From: Phycisphaerales bacterium | GTDB taxonomy: Bacteria; Planctomycetota; Phycisphaerae; Phycisphaerales; SM1A02 | NCBI GenBank assembly: GCA_029246705.1 | Contig: JAQWMQ010000041.1 | Location: 142 to 64,141, forward strand | DNA: 64,000 nt | Direction: 5' to 3' | Part shown: positions 19,464-28,571 of the stretch, piece after piece | How positions within the stretch are numbered: position 1 is the stretch's first letter | Layout of the letters: each line of letters begins with the position of its first letter | Made by a program: the position numbers and the translations under genes | The notes under the pieces: model-generated | Database searches by the model: none | Told to the model about the DNA's origin: nothing | The model's input: the letters and a program-made list of their open reading frames with translations, nothing else

Positions 19464-21371
19464 TCACGTGCCTGACGGCCGGTACCTGCCATCCGGCAGG
19501 GTTCGTGGCAGAGAGAACCGCTCGTCGGTGAGCAGTTCGTGGACCGCTGGGTCCTTCCGTTTCAGCGAGTCCGGGGTGGGGCATTCCCATTCGACCGCGA
19601 TTTCCTCGGCTCTTCCGGGGTACGCCTGGCCTCCCAGGTGCGAGGTGAGCGCCCAGTAGAGGTATTCCGCCGCCATGCATTCGTAGTCGCATGTCTCGTC
19701 GTCGTAGTGATACCACGCGCCTTCGGGATACCGACGCGGTATCCGCCGGAATCTGCCGCCGCGGGCCAGGTCCATCGCGTCGGTCAGGCGCGAGCCCGGT
19801 CGATAGCCGAAGTCTTCCGGATAGACGTCGCGCCAGCCGTTGGACACCAGGTGCAGCACTTCCTCGAGGCTGGCATCGAATCGTCCGCGTTCTCGAACGT
19901 GGGGGGGGCCCTCGGGCAGGGTCTCCTCCCCGTAGAGATCCTGTCCGATCCTGAATCCTGATTCCTCGATCAACTCGTGGTCGATCCTGCTTCGTCGCGC
20001 GTCGCGCTCGGTGTCGAACATGACCAGGAACGCTCCACCCTCGAGCAGGCTGCGCTGGACGAGTTCGTCATCGACCACTCCGTCCTCGTCGTTGTCGAGG
20101 TACTCCGCAAGCACGTTCGCCGCATGGACGATCTTCGCATTCCCGGTGTCAGGGGTCGCGACGATCAGGACGCCGAAGACGTCGGTGTACCGGGTGAACG
20201 TCGGGCGGAAGGCGGCGATTGGTCCTTCGGTCGGGATGTCATGCACCACCAGGTCGGGTAGTCCCCGGGGCAGTTCGAGCCTGCCGAGGGCCGCATCCTT
20301 GAGATCGCCGAGTTCACCGAGGATCCTCGTCGCGTAGTCGTGCAGTTCCGGGTCCTTCAGCGTCGACTCGAGATCGGAGAAGACCTCGCTCGCCACGCGT
20401 GCGCCTTCCTCGCGAAGGATGTCGAAGCGTATGTCCGACATCATCTCCTTCGCTTCCTGCAGGTTCTCCCCGGCGATCTCCTGGAGCTCGATCGCCAGTC
20501 CCATGATGCCCTGGTCCTGTTCCTGCAGAGGAATCTCCTCGGGGCCAGACACCTGCATGTCCATCAGTCGTTGCTTGCGATCGGGAAAGACGCCGGCCAC
20601 CAGTCCGTGGAGATCGGGGTCGTGCCGCTTCAGGAACGCTCGTTGGTCGGTCTCGCGCAGGTGCAATGAGACCTCATCGAGTCGCACGTCCAGCTCCTCT
20701 CGAAGTTCATCAGGTGGCAGGGTGCCGAACCAGAGCGAGACGCCTTCCGCCCAGTACTCATCCGGGTGGGCTTCGAAGTAGGTGCCCTGCCAGGTACCGG
20801 CTTCGATCGCCTTTTCATAGGCGGTCACCAGTGCGTGCGTGAACGTGCCCGGTCGTGGTGGGGCTTCGACGATCTCCGGGTCGATCGAACCGCCGTTCTC
20901 CCGGTACTGGATCGCCGAGTGGTAGATGCCGTGGGCAAGTTCGTGAACGAGGATGTGGGGGTGCATGGTGCGAACCGCGATCCGGTATTCACCGGGATTG
21001 CCGCCGAGGCCGCCGGCCTCCCGGACCTCCGGATCATGTGCGTATTCGGGCAGTTCGGTCAACGGCTGGTCCGGCCCTGCGAGCAGGATTCGAAAACCGC
21101 GATCCGCGAGTTGCTCGCGAATGTCGTGGACCGTCTGGTGGTCGGTCATGTGCTCGTATGCCAGTGCGCTGAAGTACAGCCAGTCGTTTCGCACCTGATC
21201 GGTGGCTTCGATCGTGATGCCGTAGGCATCGAGCCTCTTTGCGTAGCCTTCGGCGGGATCGAGTGCGCTGGTTTCATCATCAGCAGCGGCCTGTTTCGCG
21301 AAAACCTCGCTGTTCATCGCGGTGATCAGCGCCAGGGTCGACATCAGCAAGAGGATTCGTGATCTGGACAT
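19464..21371 (-). CDS. Secreted protein with HExxH zinc-metallopeptidase motif
   Basis: Best start is ATG 21371 (MSRSRILLLMSTLALITAMNSEVFA signal peptide). HPHILVHELAHGIYH contains HELAH. No other family recognised. Confidence 0.6.
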   Translation of the reverse strand: MSRSRILLLMSTLALITAMNSEVFAKQAAADDETSALDPAEGYAKRLDAYGITIEATDQVRNDWLYFSALAYEHMTDHQTVHDIREQLADRGFRILLAGPDQPLTELPEYAHDPEVREAGGLGGNPGEYRIAVRTMHPHILVHELAHGIYHSAIQYRENGGSIDPEIVEAPPRPGTFTHALVTAYEKAIEAGTWQGTYFEAHPDEYWAEGVSLWFGTLPPDELREELDVRLDEVSLHLRETDQRAFLKRHDPDLHGLVAGVFPDRKQRLMDMQVSGPEEIPLQEQDQGIMGLAIELQEIAGENLQEAKEMMSDIRFDILREEGARVASEVFSDLESTLKDPELHDYATRILGELGDLKDAALGRLELPRGLPDLVVHDIPTEGPIAAFRPTFTRYTDVFGVLIVATPDTGNAKIVHAANVLAEYLDNDEDGVVDDELVQRSLLEGGAFLVMFDTERDARRSRIDHELIEESGFRIGQDLYGEETLPEGPPHVRERGRFDASLEEVLHLVSNGWRDVYPEDFGYRPGSRLTDAMDLARGGRFRRIPRRYPEGAWYHYDDETCDYECMAAEYLYWALTSHLGGQAYPGRAEEIAVEWECPTPDSLKRKDPAVHELLTDERFSLPRTLPDGRYRPSGT

Positions 21372-21481
21372 GCGCTCTCCGGTTCTCGAGGAAGTACGGT
21401 CCGGAATCGCCCGGGCCGGTCGGTCCTCCTGCATAATGGACTCTCTGCTCCTGCGCCGCACCCCCGGAGACGACAAAGTCC

Positions 21482-22282
21482 ATGGAAATCTTCATCATCA
21501 TGTTCCTTGGCGTCCTTGTGGCACTGCTGCTCGGAGTCGGGTTCCTGCACCTCGTGGTCTCGCTTGGTTCATTCGGTCGCAAGGCGGGCGAGCTGCTCTC
21601 GCGTGCTCCGATGCTCGACCTCGTCGTGACCTACTTCACCGCCGCGCCCATGATCGTGGGCCCGATCCTCGCGGGTTGGGTCGGGTTGGCCGCCGCCCTC
21701 GCCGCGCAGATGCTCGCAACCGTTACCTGGTGTTTTCTGCACGAACTCGCCCATCCCCGTGCCCGGCGTGGGCCGCGCATCGTGAAGGTGATCAACCGTC
21801 GTGTCGGCAGGTTTCGCAACCACGCCGCGCTGTGGGCGACGGCGGTCGTGGTCCCCATCTTCTGGTTGATCCGGGTCGCTGAGATCTTCCTCTATCCGTT
21901 CCTGATCGTCCTGGTTCGATTCCCCCGGTACCGGCAGAGTGAATGGGTCAACTGTTCCCGGCAGAAGTTCGACGGACTGGTCGGTCACGATCTTATCTGG
22001 TGCCTCTACTGCGACTGGATGACCGGCGTGTGGGTGCTTGGCACCGAGATGCTCCGCAACGTCGAGAGCTTCTGGTGTCCGATCCGGTTCGATTCGGCCA
22101 AGAAGTGCGCGAACTGTCGCCAGGACTTCCCCGATCTCGATGGCGGCTGGGTGGCCGCGGACGGCACGATGGAGGATGTGACCCGGGTGCTCGAGGAACA
22201 CTACCCACCCGGCGCCACCGAGCATGGCTGGTTCGGACACTCCGCGCGTCTGACCGTCAAGGGCCGCTCGATCGACGACTGA
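21482..22282 (+). CDS. Membrane protein with Cys-rich C-terminal domain (unknown function)
   Basis: Four to five hydrophobic helices, then CSRQKF...WCLYCDW...FWCPIRFDSAKKCANCRQDF (C, CxxC, C, CxxC spacing, zinc-ribbon-like). Confidence 0.5.
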   Translation: MEIFIIMFLGVLVALLLGVGFLHLVVSLGSFGRKAGELLSRAPMLDLVVTYFTAAPMIVGPILAGWVGLAAALAAQMLATVTWCFLHELAHPRARRGPRIVKVINRRVGRFRNHAALWATAVVVPIFWLIRVAEIFLYPFLIVLVRFPRYRQSEWVNCSRQKFDGLVGHDLIWCLYCDWMTGVWVLGTEMLRNVESFWCPIRFDSAKKCANCRQDFPDLDGGWVAADGTMEDVTRVLEEHYPPGATEHGWFGHSARLTVKGRSIDD

Positions 22283-22342
22283 CGCCTCCGGACTTCAAAG
22301 CGCACTGTCCACCCGGTATCATCGTGACGGCTTGCACTGGAG

Positions 22343-22849
22343 GTGAACGCAGTGGCCAAGGTGACTCGAATCAATCATGCGACCCTGGTCGTCGACGATC
22401 TTGCCGCTGCCGCCGACTTCTACCGCGACCAGCTCGGACTCGAACCCCTGCCGGCCTTCGACCTCGACTTCCCGGCGCAGTTCTTCCGGGTCAACGACAC
22501 CCAGCAGCTTCACGTGACCGAATGGGAGGACACCCCGTCCTTCCGCGGGCACGTCTGTTTCGAGGTCGACGACTTCAACGTCATCTTCGACCGCGCAAAG
22601 GCGCTTGGTGTGATCGATGTCCGGCCCTGGGGCAAGGTGCGCAGGCTGCCTGACGGGGCGATGCAGATGTTCATTCGTGATCCCGCCGGCAACCTGGTCG
22701 AGATCACCTGCCCGCCCGATTACCCGGTCGCCGACCGGGTCTTCGCCGACGAGCTGGCCGAGTCCGGCGACGGCATCCTCTACAAGTCCGGACGCGAGGA
22801 CGGTCGGGGTGATCGTGGTGAAGGCGCGAGCCTCTATCACGAGGATTGA
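22343..22849 (+). CDS. VOC/glyoxalase-family protein
   Basis: INHATLVVDDLAAAADFYRDQLGLE ... HVCFEVDDF ... GNLVEI is the typical glyoxalase/bleomycin-resistance fold pattern. GTG start (alternative GTG at 22352). Confidence 0.75.
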   Translation: MNAVAKVTRINHATLVVDDLAAAADFYRDQLGLEPLPAFDLDFPAQFFRVNDTQQLHVTEWEDTPSFRGHVCFEVDDFNVIFDRAKALGVIDVRPWGKVRRLPDGAMQMFIRDPAGNLVEITCPPDYPVADRVFADELAESGDGILYKSGREDGRGDRGEGASLYHED

Positions 22850-22860
22850 GCCACCGGCCT

Positions 22861-23760
22861 TCAGGCCTCGATGCAGGCCTCTTCCGCCTCGCGAATGTGC
22901 TTGATGCAGTTCTCGAAGTGGATGCTGTATTCGGCGTCACTCATGAGGTCACTGCCGTGGTCACGGATGAACTTGAGTTCCTCCGCGCTGGCTTCCGTTC
23001 CGGAATCCTCGCGTGTCCCGGCCAGGGGTGAGCGGTCCATCGGCACCACGAACTCGGTGGTCAGCATGCCTTCGTAGCCGACATCGTTCAACGTCTGGAG
23101 CAGCTTCGACCAGTCCCAGTGACCTTCCCCGGGTGCACGTCGGTTGGTGTCGGCGATGTGGAAGTCGAAGAGTTTCTTCCCGGTGTTGCGGATCGCCTGG
23201 AGCGGATCGGACTCCTCGATGTTGATGTGGAAGGCATCGAGGCAGACTCCGATGTCCTCGCCCACGTGTTCGGCCAGGGTCAACGCCTGGTCGTGGCGGT
23301 TGAGGAAGTTGGTCTCGAAACGGTTCAGGGGTTCGAGTGCGATACGGACCCCGCATGACCTGGCATGGTCGGCGACGCGCTTGAGTCCTTCGACCGCCCA
23401 ATCCCATTCGACCTCGGGATCGGCCATCGCGATCACCTTGCCGACTTCGCTGGGAACGATGGTCATGATCTGGCCGCCGAGCTCCTTGACCAATGTGATC
23501 GAATCCTTGAGGTACTCGATCGCTCCGATGCGGATGTACTTGTCGCCGTGGATCAGGTCCCGGGAGGCGAGCATGATCGAGACCCCGCCCCAGCACTGGA
23601 TGCCGTGCTTCTCGAGCAGCGGTCTCACTTCGGCGGGATCGTATCGTGCCGGTTCCGCCATGATCTCGATGCCTGCATAGCCGAGTCGCGAGAGGCGCTG
23701 CAGGGTGATCTCGAGTGGTTCGGGTCTCATCCAGTTGTGGGCGGCGAGTTGAAATGCCAT
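22861..23760 (-). CDS. Sugar phosphate isomerase/epimerase (xylose-isomerase-like TIM barrel)
   Basis: MAFQLAAHNWMRPEPLEITLQRLSRLGYAGIEI ... IALEPLNRFET ... VCLDAFH ... HIADTNR pattern. The upstream 118 codons of the track ORF (to 24114) lack coding character and overlap the next gene. Confidence 0.8.
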   Translation of the reverse strand: MAFQLAAHNWMRPEPLEITLQRLSRLGYAGIEIMAEPARYDPAEVRPLLEKHGIQCWGGVSIMLASRDLIHGDKYIRIGAIEYLKDSITLVKELGGQIMTIVPSEVGKVIAMADPEVEWDWAVEGLKRVADHARSCGVRIALEPLNRFETNFLNRHDQALTLAEHVGEDIGVCLDAFHINIEESDPLQAIRNTGKKLFDFHIADTNRRAPGEGHWDWSKLLQTLNDVGYEGMLTTEFVVPMDRSPLAGTREDSGTEASAEELKFIRDHGSDLMSDAEYSIHFENCIKHIREAEEACIEA

Positions 23761-23855
23761 GGTTCTCTCCTGGTCAGGGCGTACGCCATCCATCATGACA
23801 TACATGCAGTAGCTCTGCTGGGAACGGGGTTCGTAGCAAGCTTCAAAGACGTTTT

Positions 23856-24788
23856 TCAACGTTCGTGGAGGTACTCCGCGTAGTTGCGACCAAGCATGCC
23901 CAGGATGAGTCCTCGTCCCCAGGCAAGCCAGCACCGCGCGCGAACTCGAGTCGCCTCGTTGCGAAAGAGTCCGATGGTGAAGAGACCTGTTCCCAGGATG
24001 ATCCAGACGATCGCCTTGGCCGTGAGCAGGAGTGCGCCGAAGAGGTGTCCCCGGAACCGGATCTCCATCACGCTGGTGCACATGCCGGTGCGTTGATGAC
24101 GCATGATCAACCACTGCTTCGTCGCTCTGGTTGTCGGGACACAGTCGTCGACAAGCGCTTTTTCAGCCCAGACGATCGTCACTCCCTGTCTGGTCATGGT
24201 CCTGAAGAACAAGGTGTCTTCACTTCCGAACAGGGCGAAGTCCGGGTCGAAACGGGCTTCGGTCCTTCGGATCGATTCGCTGCTGATCAACACGTTGTTG
24301 GTGAACGCGCGGTCGAGCCTCCGGCCGGTCTTCCTCGATGCGGGTGCGAAGAAGCCGCCCTGGATTATCCAGTCCGGAGGGGTCGATTCGAAGACAGGCG
24401 CGACCGGTCCGGTGACCACGTCCGCGCCTGTCTGTGCGCGTACATCGAGCAGTTGTTGCAGCCAGTCGGCCCGCGCCGTGCTGTCATCATCGATGAAGGC
24501 GATGAAGTCATGATCATCGACCGTGTGATCAAGAGCCCGGTTCCGTGGGAATGAAAGACCTCGCTGGTGCTCCTCGAGGTAGTCGGCCTGGCAGGCATTG
24601 GTCCTGGCCCACTCCTCGACGATCCGCCTCGGTTCCTCGTCCTCGGGATCGTTGTTGGTGACGACGACCTTGATCTCGGGACGTTGTTCGGTGAATTCAA
24701 GCGTGGCAAGGCTTTCGAGAAGGTCTCTCAGTCCACCATGCCTTCGAAAGGTGGAGCAACAAATTGCAATGGTTGTCTGGTCTTTCAT
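23856..24788 (-). CDS. GT2 glycosyltransferase with C-terminal TM helices (ExoM-like architecture); paralog of 40722..41657
   Basis: IAICCSTFRR ... FIAFIDDDSTARADWL ... GADVVTGP ... then hydrophobic FGALLLTAKAIVWIILGTGLFTIGLF. Collinear with the 311-aa GT2 at 40722..41657. Confidence 0.8.
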   Translation of the reverse strand: MKDQTTIAICCSTFRRHGGLRDLLESLATLEFTEQRPEIKVVVTNNDPEDEEPRRIVEEWARTNACQADYLEEHQRGLSFPRNRALDHTVDDHDFIAFIDDDSTARADWLQQLLDVRAQTGADVVTGPVAPVFESTPPDWIIQGGFFAPASRKTGRRLDRAFTNNVLISSESIRRTEARFDPDFALFGSEDTLFFRTMTRQGVTIVWAEKALVDDCVPTTRATKQWLIMRHQRTGMCTSVMEIRFRGHLFGALLLTAKAIVWIILGTGLFTIGLFRNEATRVRARCWLAWGRGLILGMLGRNYAEYLHER

Positions 24789-24970
24789 GCAAGGCCGTTC
24801 CGTGTCCGATTGCTCGATGGCATCTCATCATGACAGACTGCCGTTCGTTCTGCTGGCCGCGTCCTTATTTCAATGCCATGAGGTGTCATCAATCGACCGA
24901 TCCTTCAAGAATGGCTTTATCTGCCATCTTCATGGCTTTTGCGGCGGGTCCGAGGAGTTAGAATCGAACC

Positions 24971-27900
24971 ATGATGAAGCTCAGACGAACCTGGAGAACG
25001 ATTTCACCGATGTCGCTCGTGCTGGCGCTCGCATCCTCCAGCCTGGCCATGGCGACTCCCCCCGGGTCCGAGCTCGAGATTCGATACGGTCGGGACATTC
25101 GCCCGATCCTTTCCGACCGCTGCTTCCTCTGTCATGGCCCTGATCGGGCCACTCGAAAGGCCGGGCTTCGACTCGATTCCTTCGAGTCCGCCACCGCCGA
25201 TCTCGGGGGATACGCCGCGATCGTCCCGGGCGACCCCGACGGTTCGCTGTTGATGGAACTGATCGCTCATGCTGATCCCGAAGAGCGCATGCCGCCGGTT
25301 GAAAGTTCCAAGCGAAGCCTCTCGGCGGATCAGATCGACATGGTCCGTCGATGGATCGAGCAGGGTGCCGTCTACGAGACGCACTGGTCCTTCAGACAAC
25401 CCGTCGCACCCGAACTGCCCACGGTCATGGATGACGACTGGAGCCACAACGACATCGACCGCTTCATCCTCGAGGGACTCCGGTCCAGAGACCTGCGGCC
25501 CAACGATGAAGCCGACCCGGAGACCCTGGCTCGACGCCTCTATCTCGACGTCACCGGTCTGCCTCCGACGCCGGAGGAGATGCGCGCCTATCTGGAGGAT
25601 CGTGACGGTGGGGCCTACGAACGACTGGTCGATCGTCTTCTGACCGAAGAACCCTATCGAACACGTCACGCCGAGCGCATGGCCACGCCCTGGCTCGACC
25701 TGGCGCGTTACGCGGACACCTCCGGGATCCACATGGATGCGGGACGATCGATCTGGCTCTACCGCGACTGGGTGATCAAGGCCTTCAAGGAGAACCTGCC
25801 CTTCGACCGGTTCATCGTTCACCAGCTCGCCGGCGATCTGGTGCCCGACGCCACCGTCGACCAGATCGTCGCCAGCGGATTCAATCGCAACCACGTCACC
25901 ACCGACGAAGGCGGCGCGATCAGCGAGGAGTACCTGCTCGAGTATGCGGTCGACCGGGCCAACACCACCGGCGAGGTCTTCCTCGGCCTGACCGTCGGCT
26001 GCGCCCGCTGCCACGACCACAAGTTCGACCCGATCACCGCCGAGGACTATTACAGCCTGATCGCTTTCTTCAACAACAACGAGGAACCTGGAATCTACAC
26101 CCAGATTCCCGATCCCTACCGGGCGCTCGAGCCCTACATCGAGGTGCCGCAACCCGAGGATCGTGAGCGCATCGAGCAGCTGGAAAAGGTCCTGGCATCA
26201 CTTCGTGCCGAACGCGAGACCCCGACTCCGGAGGAGTCGGCTGAGATCGCGCCCTTCGTCGAAGCACTGCGCTCGAACGACAACTGGCGTTGGGAGACGC
26301 CTCGGGTGCGAACCGCCGTCAGTGATGCCGGCGCTGAACTCGCCGTCCAGCCCGACGAATCGGTGCTGGCCGGTGGCGCCAACCCCGCAGCCGATCGCTA
26401 CACCTTCACCCTCGAAACCGAGTCGACCGGGCTGCGGTCGATCATGCTGGAAGCCCTGGCGGATCCGACGCTTCCCCGGGGGCGAGTCGGGCGAGCCCCC
26501 AACGGCAATGCCGTCCTGCGCGGCATCTCCGCGGAAGTCGTCTCGCGAACCGATCCCACCCGCCGTCGTGAACTGGAGTTCACCTGGGCCTGGGCGGACA
26601 TCGAGCAGCAGGACGGTGACTTCCGGGTGACCAATGCACTGCGCAGTGATGACGACCGGGTCTGGGCGGTGGCGGCCCACGAGATTCCCGGTGATCGCAA
26701 CGCGCTCTTCGTCACGCGAGAACCATTCGGGTTCGAAGGCGGCAGCGACATCGTGGTGCGTCTCGACTACGACTCGCCGTACGGCCAGCACATGCTGGGC
26801 CGGACCCGTCTTCGGGTGGGAACCGCCGACGAGACGGTGCTCGACCAGCTTCCCCACGCGACCACCAACTGGTACATCGCCGGTCCTTACGTGACCGCCA
26901 ATGGAGAAGAGGCCTACACGACGGCCTTCGGTCCCGAGGAAGCCGGTCCGCTCGCCTTCGGCAAGCTTTACGGTCCTCACCAGTGGCGACATGCACCCGG
27001 CGTCATCGAGGCTCAGCCGGTCACCCTCGCTCAGGGGATCGGTGCCGAATACGTCGGACGGGAGATCTACGCGCCGACGGCGCGAAGCCTCGAGTTGTCG
27101 CTGGGCAGTGATGACGGCATCCAGGTCTATCTGAATGGTGCCCTCGTCCATGAAAATAAAACCAACCGCGGTGTCGCCGCGGATCAGGACCAGGTCACGC
27201 TGTCACTCGAACCCGGCTTGAACACCCTGGTCTGCAAGATCGTCAACACCGGAGGGCCGGGGGCGATCTACCACCGAGCCACCGCCGATCCCGAGGAGAT
27301 GCCGCACGATGCCGTCTTCTTCGCCTTTCCCGAGGACCGTCTCGACGAAAGTCGGCTGGCTCGAGCCAACGATGCCTGGCGTTCCAAGTACTCGCCGCGC
27401 TTCCTCGAGCTCACCCGACAGCTGGATGAGACCGAAGCCGAGTACGACTCGGTGGTCAAGGCCATTCCTCGAACCATGGTCATGAAGGATCGTGCGATGC
27501 CGCGCGACACCTACGTCATGAATCGAGGGCAGTACGACCAGCCGGACCTCAATCGGAAGGTGTCCACCGCGATACCGGTGGTGCTCGGCTCGCTGGAGAC
27601 GCCCACCGCCAATCGACTCGACCTCGCTGAATGGCTGGTCGGTGACGAGAACCCCCTGACCGCACGGGTCGTGGTCAACCGGTACTGGGAGCTGGTCTTC
27701 GGTCGGGGTCTGGTCGAGACCAGCAATGATTTCGGCATGCAGGGCAGCTGGCCCACCCATCCGGAGCTCCTCGACCACCTGGCGATCGACTTCCGGGACA
27801 ACGGCTGGAACCACGATCGACTCATGCGTTCGCTCCTGACCAGCGCGACCTACCGCCAGCGCTCAAAGGTCAATTCCGAGGCACGGGCGGTCGACCCCGA

Positions 27901-28561
27901 AAACACCTTGCTCGGCTGGTATCCCCGTCAGCGACTCACCGCAGAACAGATCCGCGATCAGGCTCTCTATGCCGCGGGACTGCTGGTGGAACGCATGGGT
28001 GGTGCGAGCGTCAAGCCCTACCAGCCTGAGGGCCTCTGGCGTGAAGTCGCGATGCCCCAATCCAACACCCGTGAGTTCACGCGTTCCGGCGAGGAGGGCC
28101 TCTGGCGAAGAAGCCTCTACACCTACTGGAAGCGTGCGGCACCGCCACCCTCGATGCTCACTCTGGATGCACCCACACGCGAGTACTGCGCCGGAACCAG
28201 ACGCATCACCACCAACACACCGCTCCAGGCGCTGGTGCTCTGGAACGACGTGCAGTTCGTCGAAGCGGCACGAATGGTCGCCGAGCGGACCCTGCGTCAG
28301 GCCACCACCGATCGCTCCCGGATCGAACTGCTTCACCGTCGACTCGCGGGTGATCGCCCCAGTTCCTCGGCCCTGCAGATGATGCAGGCGGCGCTCGACC
28401 ACTCTCGAGCGCGTTACCTCGCCGCACCCGAAGATGCCATGCAGCTGCTTCAACTCGGGGAATCCCCGGTTCCCTCGGACATTCCCGCTTCGGAGCTTGC
28501 CTCCTGGACCATGCTGGCCAATGCTCTCATGGCCAGCGACGCCGTCATCGTGAAGGATTGA
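24971..28561 (+). CDS. PSCyt1 / PSCyt2 (DUF1549) / PSD1 (DUF1553) domain giant protein with inserted jelly-roll-like domain
   Basis: Signal peptide. Haem-binding CFLCHGPD (CxxCH). DUF1549-like RRLYLDVTGLPPTPEE. DUF1553-like CARCHDHKFDP and C-terminal NRYWELVFGRGLV...DFG. About 450 aa in between include SLGSDDGIQVYLNGALVHE...LVCKIVNTGG. Confidence 0.9.
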   Translation: MMKLRRTWRTISPMSLVLALASSSLAMATPPGSELEIRYGRDIRPILSDRCFLCHGPDRATRKAGLRLDSFESATADLGGYAAIVPGDPDGSLLMELIAHADPEERMPPVESSKRSLSADQIDMVRRWIEQGAVYETHWSFRQPVAPELPTVMDDDWSHNDIDRFILEGLRSRDLRPNDEADPETLARRLYLDVTGLPPTPEEMRAYLEDRDGGAYERLVDRLLTEEPYRTRHAERMATPWLDLARYADTSGIHMDAGRSIWLYRDWVIKAFKENLPFDRFIVHQLAGDLVPDATVDQIVASGFNRNHVTTDEGGAISEEYLLEYAVDRANTTGEVFLGLTVGCARCHDHKFDPITAEDYYSLIAFFNNNEEPGIYTQIPDPYRALEPYIEVPQPEDRERIEQLEKVLASLRAERETPTPEESAEIAPFVEALRSNDNWRWETPRVRTAVSDAGAELAVQPDESVLAGGANPAADRYTFTLETESTGLRSIMLEALADPTLPRGRVGRAPNGNAVLRGISAEVVSRTDPTRRRELEFTWAWADIEQQDGDFRVTNALRSDDDRVWAVAAHEIPGDRNALFVTREPFGFEGGSDIVVRLDYDSPYGQHMLGRTRLRVGTADETVLDQLPHATTNWYIAGPYVTANGEEAYTTAFGPEEAGPLAFGKLYGPHQWRHAPGVIEAQPVTLAQGIGAEYVGREIYAPTARSLELSLGSDDGIQVYLNGALVHENKTNRGVAADQDQVTLSLEPGLNTLVCKIVNTGGPGAIYHRATADPEEMPHDAVFFAFPEDRLDESRLARANDAWRSKYSPRFLELTRQLDETEAEYDSVVKAIPRTMVMKDRAMPRDTYVMNRGQYDQPDLNRKVSTAIPVVLGSLETPTANRLDLAEWLVGDENPLTARVVVNRYWELVFGRGLVETSNDFGMQGSWPTHPELLDHLAIDFRDNGWNHDRLMRSLLTSATYRQRSKVNSEARAVDPENTLLGWYPRQRLTAEQIRDQALYAAGLLVERMGGASVKPYQPEGLWREVAMPQSNTREFTRSGEEGLWRRSLYTYWKRAAPPPSMLTLDAPTREYCAGTRRITTNTPLQALVLWNDVQFVEAARMVAERTLRQATTDRSRIELLHRRLAGDRPSSSALQMMQAALDHSRARYLAAPEDAMQLLQLGESPVPSDIPASELASWTMLANALMASDAVIVKD

Positions 28562-28571
28562 ATCAGACGCC

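Noticed and set aside
22861-24114. N-terminal extensions of track ORFs (also 44116..45816, 34881..37085, 46654..47928, 12396..13238, 19464..21476)
   Set aside because: The extended parts are Arg/Pro/Gly-rich and lack family motifs. They overlap neighbouring genes or divergent promoters. Internal ATGs give canonical N-termini (GT2 V-I-I-P type openings, signal peptides, Shine-Dalgarno-like GGAG).
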